Assembly (NCBI GenBank): GCA_900088475.1
Contig: FLMG01003282.1
Coordinates: forward strand, 1-57,983
Reading direction: 5' to 3'
Source of the DNA: Hyphochytrium catenoides
Lineage: Eukaryota; Protista; Hyphochytriomycota
Length of the DNA stretch: 57,983 bases
Position numbers and translations under genes: made by a program. The notes under the pieces were generated by a model, which saw only the letters and a program-made list of their open reading frames with translations, was not told where the DNA came from and did no database searches. Positions 1 to 17,175 of the stretch are shown here, piece by piece (position 1 is the stretch's first letter; each line of letters opens with the position of its first letter).

Positions 1-103
1 GAGAGAGACAGAGGGAGAGAGATAAGACAGAGAGAGAGAGAGACAGAGAGAGAGAGACAGAGAGAGAGAGACAGAGAGAGAGAGAGACAGAGAGACAGAG
101 AGA
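1..103. repeat. (GA)n/(GAGACA)n microsatellite
   Basis: Directly visible GA/GACA low-complexity run at the window start. Confidence 0.95.
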
Positions 104-199
104 TTGCAGGGGGGACAGAGTCCACGGCAGCATCACGGCGGGCTCGTCACACAGAACAGTAGACCCACCCGGGTCTCCCTAATCCTTAACCAATTGACT

Positions 200-1180
200 G
201 CATACATCCAGGTGAACGATAGCTTCCCGTACCTATTAATTAGCCGCACACCTGTGGGGGTTGAAATTTTGTGAGTTCCTCTTAGTGCTTGGCGTTTTAG
301 ATTCGGGAGGCCGATCCATCTATCTCTACACTGCAGCACTACGGGCCCATGCCGAACGTAAGACTTTGTAGCAATCAAGCAACTTCTTATATTCGGTGCT
401 TGGCTCTGACAGCGCGAGTCCATTTCTCCTCCTCCATCACAGTCCATCAGCACATCATCAGCACGCTGAACGGCCAAAGACCAGCGCCTGTTGAACTGAT
501 CTATGAGCATCATCTAGCAAGCAACAGATCGCGGACCAAATAAGCTGTGCGTGTTATTAGGGCATCACATGTCATTGACATGGTTCTTAGCCTGCGACAG
601 CTTCTTTTCTAAGAATTCTCTGTAATAAAAAATAGGACCATAGTACTAACGTCCTCGCTCCAGCTCTCTTGGGTGGCGGTGCGCGGCTGTTGCTACAAGC
701 GCCTTGCAGCTTAGTTGATAGGCCTCGCTTGTGACTCTGACTGGAGCGACACGCTCCTATTTATGAAGAAACAGACTGATCCCATGACTACGTTGTAGGA
801 TACTAAGCTCATGCTTTATAGTCAGGGCCCGACCCTTCCACTTTCCTCTTCTGAAGTAACAATATTCGCTTTTTTTGTCCATGCTACAGCCATTGATAAT
901 CTTAAGACGCGGACGGGGTTGCAGGAGCTTTTTTAGAGAGAGGTATTGCTTGAAACCCTATTCGGGACCAGGGTGCGACCTGGCTGGTAGTAGACGCAGG
1001 GGGAGGTTAACAAGGGCAGAAGAATGGTTTTAGCCCTGTATGGCATACAGCAGGCACTGCTCTCATATTGGCTGAGGTAAACCGGCCCTGCTGCGCTTGC
1101 ACTACCGATTTCTTTTCTGGTTCTCGGCTGTTGCTCTTGCAATAGATACACTCATTTTGAGACTTCTGCCCTTGCTGCTC
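200..1180 (-). mobile_element. Highly degenerate non-LTR retrotransposon (LINE) reverse transcriptase relic
   Basis: Minus-strand motifs occur in RT order across frameshifts: 'EPEKKSVVQAQQGRFTSANMRAVPAVCHTGLKPF' (about WKKSVV.PIPKKG...NYRPISLLCH..K.F), 'LRLLPARSHPGPE*GFKQ' (about PEQ.GFR), 'VCFFINRSVSLQS' (eroded D..KAFD), 'LAVQRADDVLM' (about YADD) and 'CLIATKSYV' (about GL.IN..KS). Boundaries are approximate. Confidence 0.5.
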
Positions 1181-1462
1181 TGTGCGTCTTCCGACGTCGC
1201 GATCGTGACCACCTACCACCATCAAAACTCCAGAACTAAGAGGCGTTGTGAGGCAAATAGCGGGGTTAGAAGAAGAGATTTCCAGAACTATGTTTGCGGA
1301 AGTTTGAAAAGGGTTAAGAACCCAAGGGGTTGAAAGAGAAAAGAGTGAGGAGGCCCCGTTACCATACGATACCTACACAATTATAAGAAGAGAAGGAGAG
1401 ACGGGAGGTAAGGGTACCTACCTCTCTTTCGAAGATTCGTAAAAGCCACCTCTCTTCAAAGA

Positions 1463-4948
<3,486 letters not shown>

Positions 4949-5317
4949 TCAGCGCTCAGCATGAAGCATCATCAGATCTCTACTGGTAGTTCTTGTGTTC
5001 TTGTGTGCTCGGCCAGTGATAACTAGACATTGAATCATAAAGTAGTAGAGTCCAGAGGCAAAATCGATTATCAGCGATGAGGTTACTAACACCATTGGAG
5101 CACAGTGCTGCTGGGACAATGAACTCTTCGCCTTCTGGAGATGCGAATCGCCGTCTCTGCCTCGTTAGGCTTTCTCCTCTGCCATCATCAGGGAATCAGA
5201 GCTCTGCACCGTTGAGCTCATAGACCAAGCTTCGTCGCCGGGTAAGGGACTATAGATAAGATAAAGCGCTGTGTGGGCAGGAGCAGTCGGTAGTAAGGGC
5301 TTTGAGGTCGTGGGCAG

Positions 5318-8300
5318 ATGTGGAGTTACGCGGTCCGCTCTAGGCGATTGCCTAGCCAAAGGGCCCTGGTTCCTTTCGGACAATGGGCCGGGAGCGCTCG
5401 GTCATTTGCATCTGCAGGTGCAGGCAACGGGGGAGGACGGAAACAGGGTGGAAATGGTTCGGATGGGGGAGATTCTAAGGCGAACACTGGTTTGCTTTTA
5501 GACAACCTCCTGAATCATCTGCGCGAGAAGCAGGGTCACAATTCTTTATCCTCCTCTTCATCACATACAAGAGGGCCGCCCTCTACCCGTCCTGGTCAGC
5601 AAGGAAGAGGCTCAGAGCCAGGCAGACATACAGACCTTGTATCACTCCTAAAGGGCAGCGGCGGCTCCCAAGGAGGCAGGAACCAACCATATGGAAACAG
5701 AAGAAGCGAGCAAAGCGGCAGGGATCGTAGTCCTCCGATCTTCCCTTCTTCTCTATCATCAAGGTCTATGAACGAGTCTCAGGATGTGAGGAAATCAATG
5801 CAATCTGGTCCTTCAAGAGGTGGAAGAGATGGACGTGCGGCTCATCATCCTATTCCTCCTACTGTCCGTCTTGATAAGGCGCCAAAAGACCTGAACGCTC
5901 TCATTTCTTGGTGCTGCCGACGGCATAGACTTGACCAAGCAGAAATACTTGTTAGAAGAGCTAAGAATAAGGCACCGGTCTCTTCGGAATCCATAAGTCT
6001 CATTCTCTCTGAGCTTAACAAGGAAAAGAACTATTGGAAGACCATAGATCTCTACCGGGCCCTGGAAGAGAAGGGTGCCAAGCTGACGGCCATTGCTAGT
6101 GCTTCTTACATAGAAGCCTTGTGTAACTGGGGAGAGCTTGAGATGGCAAAGACTGAGAAAGAAAGGCTGGAGCAAGAGGTGCCTGAAAGCAGCAAGCCCT
6201 CCCTCACCATTGCCCTGATAGAAGGAACTATCGCCGCCAAGAGGTTCCAGGAGGGAGACAGACTGTACATAGAAGCCACAGAGTCAGACACGTCCTTGGC
6301 GGTCGCGGAGAAAGCCCTGAGAGCAGTGTTCAAGGGCTATCTGGCGGCGCTTGACTATGACACAGCGATTAATGTGCTTAAGCAGATGGCAGAGAAGGGA
6401 ATCAGTATTTCTGAGGTGAGCTCTAAACTTACAGCCAGATTTAAGGTTCAAATGGCGGCTGGATCTAGCCATCTCTCAATCATCTCTCCTCTCTCTTTCT
6501 CTCTCTCTCCTTCTCATCCTCTCACGTGGGCAATCGATGACTGCCTTGGCCGTACTTTTGTTCGTTGTTTTTAGGAACTATCTCTTCTCCTCTATCACGC
6601 GTCTCTTGTGTCCTCTCTATTTAGCGGTGAACGATGGGCTGCTACAATGTTTCTCAATCTTCTACTCTGTCTCTTTCTCTAACTGGAGATTTCTGAGGCT
6701 CTTCTCAACAGTTCGTCTAGACTTCTCCGTGGTGCTGTTGGGTCCTTGTTCTCTCACCGTGACGATCCAGGCGAGGCTCGTCTCTCTATTGTCTGATTGT
6801 CTGATGTTCATTTTGTTTTGCCGCTTTCCTTAATATACTCTCTTCTCTTTCAATGGCTTCCTTTTTCTTAGGATGTGCTCTTTCTCTTGAAAGCACGATA
6901 TGAGGAGAACCAAGGCACAGGCCGCTTCTATGCAGACACAGCTTTTGATGTTCTTAAGGAGAACAAGGTTCCAATAAAGGAAGCTCACATTGTGGGAGTC
7001 ATGAAACTCTTCGCGAAGGAGGAGAGAGAGGAGGAAGTTCGCAGGATGATGGCAATGATGGAGAAGCTCCCCCCACAGGAGACTAGTGTGGCCCCTTTCA
7101 AGGCACTCTTAGAGGTGTACAGCCAACAAAATAAGATGAAGAAGGCGGAGACGGTACTCTACTTCCTCCAAAAGAGTGGAAGATACCCTACGGCAGAGGT
7201 AACTGCCCTCTTTATCCTCTTTGACGCCTGTTTTAACAGTCCCCTCGCCTAGACGTTTTCTTCTTCTAAAAGTCTCTCCTTACCCGTCTCTTCTTCATTG
7301 GCTTAGATGTTCGACCCGCTATTCCAAAAGTATTGCGAAGACGGCAACGTCAATGCCGTAAAAGATCTGATTATTGATCTTCAAGACAAGAAGCTTAAAC
7401 CCACTGAGGTAAACAAGATTGCTACTGACTGCACCTGATCTACTCGTCTTCTTTCTTCATTTAGCTTCTCGCTCGCTCGCTCGCTCGCTCGTTTCAACCT
7501 CGGCCTTTTCGCCTTCTATTTCGTTCTATCTTTCGCTCGCCTTCGCTCGCTATCCTCGTTCAGCTCTGCACTTTCTAGTCTGTTTCTTTAATCTGAGCAA
7601 ACATAGCTCCTTGAGATGCTCGTTCCTATCTATAGATTTGTCTTTAGCTTATTACACGCTCTCTTCCTTTTCTCACCTTTGCTCTCTTTATCATTCATAG
7701 CTTGCCTGGAACCATATTTTGGAGCTGTATCAGCGTACTGACAGCCTGAAGGAGGCGGAGGAGGCTAAGAAAGCCATGATCACAATGAACGCCTGGCCTC
7801 CTTTAACCTTTGTTTATGCTTCGGCAATCAAGCAGTGCTGTGACCGTGGAGATATGAAAGGAGCTGAAGAGCACGTGCAGGTAAGCTGGTGCGGCAAATC
7901 TCAGCTTGCCACTGAAAGCTTCTATAGTTCGTCCATGTGAGCACTTCGTCTATCTTTTCCTTCACAAGTGCCGAGCATTAAATCCCGTCTGGTTCAGCTG
8001 CTGCGCGTCCTTAGTAGCGGGTGTAATGGGTGGTAACATGTGTTCCTCTCAATTTTCTTCCTTCTCTTCACGGTTGATGGGCTCATCTTGCTAAAGTTTT
8101 GCTCGCGCTTTCTTTGAATGTCTCTTTTCCTATTCAAAATCTCCCTTGCTATGTCCATCATCCACGCAGAACATGCGCCTAAACAACGTGCCGGTGACGC
8201 TCGAGTTCTTCAACGTTCTCCTGAGGGGATATGCCCGGCAAGGTCGAGCGGTAGCGGTAGAAGGGGTACTGAAGGAGCTCGAAAAAGAAGGTCTGGAACC

Positions 8301-11002
8301 CGACGTGACGAGCTATAACGCAGTGGTGCTTGCATACTCGATCAGTGAGAAGTTCAGAACCGCGATTGCGAAGACAAAAGAGATGGAGGAGAAAGGTAAG
8401 GCGCTCGAAATAGAAGGAGATAAAATTGCCAGGATGGTAATGTCAAGCTGTACGCCATGTCGTCATCTCCGTCTCACAAGCGAACAGACCGCTTGTTATT
8501 CCTCAGTGTTCTCTCGTCCTCGCCCTAGGGGAGTTAAGCCCAGATGCTGTGTCACACTGACATTCTCTGTCCTTCTCCTCTCTCCTCTTTCTCGCCAATT
8601 TCTTCTTTCTCTCTCCTCTCTCTCTCTCGCCTGCCCTCTCTCTCCTCTCTCCTAATATTCCTTTGTTAGGTTTCAAGGTCACAAGCAAAACAGTAGAGGG
8701 ACTACTAAGAGGGAGTGCCAAAGTTAAGGATCCTTTGCTGGCGGAATACTTCCAAAGACTTCATCATGAGCACGAGGGAAGGACGATGCAACTTAGAGAG
8801 CTTGCCTGTCAGGCCCACGCTGCCCAAGGAGATTGGGAGTACATAGAAAGCGAAGTTAAGCAGCCAGGTCCTAAGCCTACTATTCGGCTGCTCAACTCTC
8901 TCATAGAAGCGCACGCTAGGGCAGGAAATGTGGAAAAGGCTCGTCTTGTTGCCAAGAAGCTTAAAGCTGTCGGTAGCCAGGCAGATACGGGTACTTACAA
9001 TGCCTTGATCCTGGCCCATTGCCTGCGTGCCAAGAGAGGAGACGAGCCGAAAGAGCCTCAGGAAATCAAACTGCCTAAGAAAGGAAAGGCACAAAAGACG
9101 GTAGAGAAGAAGGACGACCTCGCAGAAGCTGAACTTTTATACGAGAGGATGTTGGAGAACAAGGTCTCGCCTGATGTGCACACATACACTCCTCTCATAG
9201 AGGGATACGCCCGCCGTGGCGACATGGAGGGCGCGGAGAGGTGGCTGCTCAAGCTGAGAAAGGTCATGTTTACCCCTCTTCCTGAACAGTACGCTATTCT
9301 TGTGAGGGGTTATGGAGCCCTAGGCGATGTGCCTAAGGCGGAGAAAGCAGTAGAGAGGTGAGTCAAAGGGTGGCACATTGTGGCGATGGCTGCATCTTTC
9401 AAAGGTTTCTTTGTGTGACGCTTGACGAGGCGTCCAACTCCAATGCAGCTTTAACTTTCTCGGCGTCTTCAAAGCAACAGCTGCATCGTTCATTCCTGCG
9501 GCTTGTTGTACTGTCCACTGCCCATCTCGCTTTTGTCGTAGGGGCAGGAGGTTCTATCGCTTATGTTCTTTCTCTACCTCTCCATACCGTCCGACCTGAG
9601 GATAACTCTAGCCCTAAGGGCCATCCTTCCTATTACCGCTCAACTAACGTGTGTGGACGCCCTTTAAACCGCCCAAACCATCATTGTCTTCGCCTCATCC
9701 GCTTCGCAGAATGGTTGCGGCGGGAGTGAAGCAGAACGCCGGCACTTCGGCTGCTTTACTTGAAGCTTTTTGCCTTGCACAAGGCCCCGAGCAAGCTGTT
9801 CCTGTGCTAAAGGGCCTTATAGATTATAGGGAGCCGCTAGACTCTGAGGCTTACACCGTGGTTATCAGGGCATTTCTCAATAAGGGTCAACCGGAAAGAG
9901 CGATTAAGGTTAGTAGAAGGAAAGATCGGCGGACACCGAAGAAGAGTTTTCTCCTGCCGCCCTCTCGGTTCAGGCGTTGTATAAGCTTTGTCTTAGAGAA
10001 CACTCTGTCTCAACTACATCGGCCTGTCTTAGCCGTCAAATTATATTCCTTGGGTCTTCCCTCTATCTATTGTTACTCTGCCTCAGGCCGCATTGACTGA
10101 CGTCGTCCGTCTCTTCATCTTTTGCCAGCTCTATGACGATTACATCCGTCGTGGCTACGACACTGATCATCGCATTCTTGGACCCGTCCTTGCTTCTTAT
10201 TTGGCTGCTGAAAAGGAGGACATGGCTCGGGCCATCGTCTTGGATATGGCAAAGCAAGACCGCTACATCGCTGCGGCAGATGTTGACATTCTACTTAACC
10301 GTAAGTGCCCTGCGTTCGCTCAAAAAGGGGATAGTGAGGAGAAAGAGAAGAGCCTGGAGGAAAACCTGAGGTCTTATTGTTGTCCCTTGGCTCCATGAAA
10401 GCTCTTCTTTATCCCTTTGTGGCGCGTGTATTCTTAAGTTTTCGTTGTTACGCAGACTTCCTTCAAAAGAAGGAATTCGAGGAGGCGGTCGCTTTCTACT
10501 GCGATCTTAGATCAGCAGATATATTAGTGAAGAAGACGTCCACCGTGAAGTTACTGGAGGTAAGGAGTGAGCATCCACATTATCAAGTGGGCAAGGACTT
10601 AGAGCAGAAGAAGGTCATGATGAAGGGAAGAGGGAAGAGAAGTGAAGGCGAGAGGGGAGACAAAGCTTGTGAGGAGGGAAAATCCTTGAGAGGAGAGAAA
10701 GAGAATTGGAGATAAGTAGACATGCCTTGTAGGCGATTGTGCTCCTGCTGTGCCATCTGCTATTACTTCCCCATGTCTTTCTTTTGGACCACGATTGCCT
10801 CCCTTTGCTCCCATTTCGATCATTCGTCTGATCATCCTCCTCCACTCGTTACCCATCCTTTGCTCCATAGGCGTGCCTTCTTAGAGCAGACTCTGACACT
10901 GCTGCCAGGATATTAGAGACGGTTCCCAGCTTCATGCGCATACCGGATGATGTTCTGGGTCCTCTGAAAAAGCTTGGACATGAAGGAACAGTCAGCGCTT
11001 GA
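5318..11002 (+). CDS. Pentatricopeptide-repeat (PPR) protein, probably mitochondrion-targeted, about 10 exons
   Basis: Typical PPR motifs: 'PDVTSYNAVVLAY', 'ADTGTYNALILAH', 'PDVHTYTPLIEGYARRGDMEGAE', 'AYTVVIRAF'. Approximate exons: 5318-6415, 6872-7198, 7307-7408, 7701-7880, 8170-8396, 8670-9357, 9710-9908, 10129-10300, 10456-10559, 10871-11002, all GT-AG. The N-terminus is Arg/Ser-rich and ends 'ARSFAS'. Confidence 0.9.
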
Positions 11003-11524
11003 GTGTCTCTGTTGTTTGCTCTTGCATGAGATCAGTCGTTCTTAGAATCCGCCCGTCCCGGCCTTTGAGGGCCCTTTATGAGCCCTAATTATCTCTTCAG
11101 TTTACGATAGAAGTGAAGCAATCCCTAAATCAATAATAAGTTGTCCACTTCTTTGGGAGCTCTCAGTATTAGTCTCTTCCTTGTCCACCCCTACAGACCC
11201 ACGGGTTCGTTCGTATCCTTCGGTGAGCCCTAATCTAGAGACGCTTCTCTCGCTCTCGCTCTCTGACTTCTCATGGGTGGCGTTTGATGTTTACCAAACG
11301 CTTCTCGCAGTCTCTTTTTCTTCTCCATCTCAGTCTCTCTCGCTTTCAGTCTCTTTCTCTCTCTCACGCTTCAGGCTCTCTCTCACGCACACGCTCTTCG
11401 TTAACTGTGTCTTCTCTCTGCTTTTTGCTCTCTTGGCGTTCCTGTCTTATCATCGTACTCACATCCCAGGACAAAGATGTAAAATGACGTTAGAGAATAA
11501 ATAGGCTGTGACTCTAATAAACTC

Positions 11525-14500
11525 TTACTCCTCGCCGTCTTCCTCAGAGGTTTTTGATCCGGCGGCGAAGAACTTCACCTTGCAGTCGGAGCCACCTAAT
11601 CATGGTTGGCGCAGAATAGGTTAGCAAGAGACAGATTTAACGCTACTATGGCAGAGGAGGAGGACAAGAGTGAAAGAGTGACGGATGGAAAGACAAGGAT
11701 AACCCGGGAACTGGTGATCGGGGATCGTTAACTTACCGCTCACAAATCTGTTTGCGTCTATCCACGCGACAGAGAGAGCTTTCCCATTATGAGCTTGAAG
11801 AGAGACTAGAGGGACACTACCCCTAATGTCCCAGACCTTCACGACTCCATCGTAGCTACAGGAGAGGAGATGGAACTCATGGAATGGGGAGAAAGCACAT
11901 TGGCTGACCCACTCTTTGTGAGATGACAGCGTGGCCTTGATATAGCTCTTGCCTGGCACCAAAACAGAGAGTTCAGAACAAGTCAACTATCATTCACAGG
12001 AATCAGAACGTCTCTATTCCTTGCATTGAGTCTTTGAACGTTTTCAAGTGCCAAGTAGCGGTAGAGTAACTGGCAGTCTCTTAAGCCTCTAAACTAAAGC
12101 GTGAGGGTTGACACCCTGAAGAGCGGAAGAGAACAATGAAAGGCACTTTTCTGAAAGAAGACTAGAATACGAAGCACGACAGCCATGGATCCAAAGAGAA
12201 AGAAAGAGAAAGAGGGGTGTGTAGGGTAATTACCGCTGGCCTCCAGATCCCAAAGTCTGACAGCACGGTCTGGGTGGCTTGTAGCAACAAGCTTGGTGTT
12301 CACCGGAGATACACTTAGAGATGTGGCTGGCCTGTCGCCATGCTGCGAAAGATGACGCAAAGCGGCAATAAGACTTTCGGAGGAGGACAATCAAGTAATG
12401 TCTTTGCGCCCAAACCAAAGGAAGGTGTCCGCTCTTGGCGGCGCAGTTGCTTGAAAGGAGTTGGACTAGAGGCCAACTCATAACAGTACCAGGAGTGCCA
12501 AGTGGCGAAAGCTGAGTGTAGCCTCAAAGCATAAGATACACGTGTAATAGTGAAGCCGAGAAGACAAAGGCAGCGAGTAAAATATACTGTCGAGATGGAG
12601 ATAGAGAGAGACACACAGTGACTGACAGACAGAATGACCAAAATGCGCGGCCACACCTACCGCCGTAAAAGTACTCATCTCCTTCTCTAGGTCCCATGTT
12701 CGGACGCTACGATCCCAACCGCAGGAGATGATAGACGACGAGGTGTCCTTCCATGCCACACCGCTGACGTTCCCATGATGTCCCGTCAGGACGGAAGCGG
12801 CAGTCTGCATAGAGATAGGGTTGAGCTCAGACGCCGAAGTCTTTCCTCATTCTCCTCTATTTGTCTTAATCGTCCTTCGACTGCTGCTATAGTCCTACTC
12901 CTCTTTGGTCTCTTCTGTTTTTTTTTTCTGCTGTTCCTCCCCATGCAACCTCGGACCATCTTTCTCGCTTGGTTTTTGAAGGCGGAAGGTAAGATCCGTG
13001 GCACTCACCAATTGCAACTCTGTAATGCTTTCTGTCTCCTGCGAAGTCTTCTGCTTCTTTTTTCTCACGTTCTCACCATTTCGGTCGGTCGTCTGAAAGC
13101 CTTGAGGCGGAATAGCCCAAACACGGATCTGTCCGTCCCAACCGCCGCTGAGAGCCTACAGATAGTAACTCCTTCGTTAGGGAGCTGCTGCTCTTCCTCT
13201 CCTTATCTCTCCCTTTCCTCTCGTACATGCACTCATAGACACGCAGTTTCTCCTTCTCTCCCTCTTTCTCCACGTATTTTTCTCGACGCAATCGCGATTG
13301 TAGGCTTTTGCTCTTACTTTCCTTTGCTATACCGGACGTCGGCTAGCGTAGAGTTTGTCATCTGGAGTCAACTACCTAACATTCTCTCAACATTCAGACG
13401 AATAATATATCTCCCATTTTCATCAATCTGCCTCGGGTTTCTCTGATCCATAACATAAATGGGCGAGTCCTGTCCTGTCCTACCTGACTTCGTGCTATAT
13501 TCAGCGCTACGGCGTCCACAGAGTTAGAGTGCCCTAGTCCCACAGCTGCAGGCACGACTTTCAAATTGTCGTCCTCAGGAATTGCCTGGATAACACACAT
13601 CTGTAAGGGTCCCCATCACTTTCGTCCACCCCATGGACTGATGGCTGATAATTGAGTCTTCATCTCCATAATGACGGATCTCTACCCTTATAATCACTCT
13701 TACTGTTCCCTGCCGGGAAATCTTCTTTGTCTCATGAAGCGTACCTCCAGCTGATCACCTCTCGTAACTCTTTCTATCACTCCGTGCGCGCATTTGACTC
13801 CTCCTCTCTCGTCCTTTACTACATCTCGCTCACTCGCCCCACCCTCCTCACCTTACAGAACCTAACCGCGTGGTCCTTGCCGCCTGTGACAATTACGTAG
13901 TCGCCAGCAGATCCATCTGGAAGGCGCAAGTGGGGCAGAGATGAGTTTGGGTCTTACAAGAAGGACATGTGGAAGGAGCTAACGACGGCGTAAGACAAGA
14001 GATATGACAAGATGCAAGAGGCTTAGCCTCGTGGCGAGCATTGACGATGGGCGAGCACTAAGGATAGTCCTCCGGAGTCGGCCGGTCCGTAGTACTTACC
14101 TGCAGCTATGCTCCGGATGGACGCTTGATGCACTTGCACAGGGCTGCCTGCTTGTCCGCTGCTAACACTATAGGCTGTGACCCTACCATCATAGCTCCCT
14201 GCTAGCACAGCTCTGCAGCCATTGGGAGAAGAAACATGCCAGAACAAGATGTGTTAATGACAGAGGCGCGCGGGGGGTTGATAAGTTAGCAGGGGAACAG
14301 GATCCAGCTTCTCTTACCTGTGTGCTAGCGAAGTGAGAGCTCCAATCCATTCCTGCGCCTCAGAGCTCTGTTGAGGCTCGGGCTTACCTAGAGCTTCAAA
14401 ATATTCCACAGTCACCACATCTTCCTACCGACCAGAAGAGAGAGGGATAGATAGGACATCGAAACAGATCATGAGCTTTCTGCCATCCGCCAACTCCGTT

Positions 14501-15107
14501 CCCCGTCTTGTGGCCCCAATGAAGGTCTTTCCGCGAAGCCTAGGCGGTAGTAACCACATATCCCGGCTTGTCTATCTATCACAGAACCGCTCTACAGAGC
14601 CCCATTGTGGTCTTCTTGCACCCCCGTCCCAGTGCCACGGTCTAGGACTACAAGGGACACTCACCCCTGACACGTTATACTTCTCAATGAAGCGAGACAG
14701 CGGTAGACGAAGGAGCTTCTCCTCAATAATAAACTCAAACGAGCGAGACTCGCCTAGTCAAACATCGACAAGGTCGAATAGAGTAGGAAGTCAGAGAGAG
14801 AGAGACAAAGAAGGGAGGGTGAGTGTGGAGAAGACGGCAAGGGAGTTTCTCGCCTTCCCAGATGCTCTGTAAGACGCATGAGAAGGGAAACTTTGGACGG
14901 GTGCAATAAGAGAAGAAAGTGAAAGGCATAGCACAGGGAGAACAGAGTCTCAAGGACAAACGCTGCCTTACCACTGCCGATCAAATGGTTTATCACCTCC
15001 GATAGTCCCTTCCGTGTCAGCTTGGTGGGAACCGCGATAGCGGTGTCTGTGACTCTGATGGCGTCATCTTTGGTGATGAAGCGCACTCGAAGCTGTTCCT
15101 CGTCCAT
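11525..15107 (-). CDS. WDR12: Ribosome biogenesis protein WDR12/YTM1 (NLE domain plus WD40 repeats)
   Basis: N-terminal NLE domain 'MDEEQLRVRFITK...IAVPTKLTRKGLSEVINHL', followed by WD40 repeats (LTGHHGNVSGVAW, SHKEWVSQCAFSP, SCSYDGVVKVWDIR, SGGSDCKVK). All junctions traced are GT-AG. Stop TAA at 11525-11527. Confidence 0.93.
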
Positions 15108-15428
15108 TGCTACCCTGGTCTGCAGGTTGTTTGGCCCGCTCCGCTTCCAAGTTTCTACGATCTAATGCGCTGGTCCCTGCTCCAGAAGCTGGCGACCTAG
15201 CGAGTGATGCAACTCCAAGCGATCTCTCTCGTCTCAGAGCTGCCAAGGCTCTTGGACAGCTGCAGCACAAGTATTGAAGTCTCCGATTGGCGCTTACAAT
15301 GAGGGAGAGGGGAACGAGAAGCACGCAACAAACCGAAGAGTGCGGGAAGAAGTGAACCACCAGGCAGAGCGGAGAGCGAAGAGCATTCAAGAGACAAGAG
15401 GGAGATGCGAAGAGTATCATACGAGTGA

Positions 15429-15432
<4 letters not shown>

Positions 15433-15463
<31 letters not shown>

Positions 15464-15513
15464 NNNNNNNNNNNNNNNNNNNNNNNNNNNNNNNNNNNNN
15501 NNNNNNNNNNNNN

Positions 15514-15547
<34 letters not shown>

Positions 15548-15548
15548 C
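15433..15548. repeat. (GA)n microsatellite spanning an assembly gap
   Basis: GA runs flank the N-run at about 15464-15513. Confidence 0.9.
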
Positions 15549-16559
15549 TTAGAAACAGACAGAGTATGAGAACGAAAGGAGGAAGGGTTAGAAATATTGA
15601 GAAGCCATCGCTGCCCAACACAGACCGCCATTGGTTCCCAGACTTGATTATCGAACACCAATTCTGGTAGTTATCATTCCAGCTCAGTAACGTCCTTCAT
15701 CCAATTCATGCTTTTCTTATAATAAATAGTTCTCGGATCTTTGCTGGGTTGAGGCTGCGGACCTCATGACGCGAGAGACCTCAAACCTCTAAATCTCCTC
15801 TAGAGATAGGAGGATACACGAAGGTAGGTGGGAGAAGCTCGTTTGCTTGAACGTGTAAGATTGCTCAGCCTTTCGTCTAGAGTGAGGTTGCGGATGAGCT
15901 CATAAGCGAGTGCCAGACACAAAGGAAGCAACTTGAAAGCTCTTAGCTTACTCGTGAGCAGACGGATCCAGCTTATTCAAACTTTGCTGCTTGTTGAGAA
16001 TCAAATATCCAGGCGCTGTATCTGTATAGTGGCGTCCCTTGCTAACAGATCACATATATCTCGGGCGGCTGGACTATATCGGTTTTATATAGCTGTCAAG
16101 CAGGTTACCATTTAATATGTTGTCGATGAAATAGGCGATGACCTGCCTGAACAGCGTTAAGGTGGAAGCATGAAGTCACATCTACCATGCATACTAGAAG
16201 TCTGCTTGCTGTCCTTCGAAGGAAGTTCGGCTCCTCGATAGCTGTGCATTCAGCATCTGTGGCATGGACATTGGATTGCGTAAGTGGCGACGGACGTGNN
16301 NNNNNNNNNNNNNNNNNNNNNNNNNNNNNNNNNNNNAATCTGAGATCTGCAAATCAATGGAAGATGGGAACTTTGTCCCGTCAGTCTAAAATACTCTGTC
16401 TCGAAGTAATGAGCAAGGGAGGACGGCTTTAAGAGATAGTGTGGCTCCTCCCTACGAGGGGTCACTAGTCTTTTCACTAGAAAGACATTACGGACCTCTA
16501 AACTTCAATCACGATATGTATTATAAGAGAGTTAGCCCTTCTATTCCCACACCACGACA

Positions 16560-17150
16560 TACTCATATGCGGTGCAAACATCGGGCATTCAAGCTTGAGT
16601 CATAGTGTACTTTCCCTACACAAAGGTCAAAGCCTGGGGTGGGAGATCCAGCTCCTGCAAGCTGTGTATAAGCTTGACCTTGTCTTCGGGGTTAGCGACA
16701 ACCCCTTCCCAATCAGCAGGCCAGAAGACCACTCTCCTCCGTACCAGAACGCCACGTCATCCGCGCAGCTAATTGAAGCAGTCTGTAAGTTTAGAAGATC
16801 AAGACCTCCTACTCCAAGGATCAGGAGGAAAGAATGTAAGGTAAAAGGGCTTGCTGAGGCACATCATGTTGCATGCCCATAAATGATTCGGAAGCGCTAG
16901 TTAGCCCTTTTAAAGAAGACGCGGCTCTCGGATACAGTAGAGGTCCGTGCTCGATTGTCAAGAAGGATCGACCACGCTCCGCTGTCCCTTGATGGTGACG
17001 AGTTTCAGGCTTGACATTATAACAATAGATTGATTGATGAATATCATAAATATGGCCAACAAACAGCAAAAAGACCAGGAGACAAACAATTGGAAGGGTC
17101 AACTAAAGGAAGCTGTCTTCAGTCTATAAGGAACTTGCTTACTCCCAGGT
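16560..17150 (-). mobile_element. Degenerate non-LTR retrotransposon RT relic
   Basis: 'SESFMGMQHDVPQQALLPYIL' (about GVPQGS.LSP.LF, near 16860), then a frameshift to 'ASISCADDVAFW' (about YADD, 16756-16767), 'GLSLTPKT' (about GL.LN..KT) and 'GKVHYDSSLN' (about LGV..DSKL). It may continue beyond the N-gap as 'QLYKTDIVQPPEIY' at about 16055-16095. Confidence 0.62.
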
Positions 17151-17175
17151 CTTCTCTTTCATCCTTCTTCAGACC

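Noticed and set aside
13390-13430. C/D-box-like motifs (TTGATGA...CTGA) in a WDR12 intron
   Set aside because: The boxes are only about 30 nt apart, with no terminal stem or distal D box.
15064-15670. Long ORFs rich in SL/RE dipeptides (also 25447-25910, 26497-27396, 54076-54276)
   Set aside because: These are translations of GA/CT microsatellites and N-gaps, not genes.
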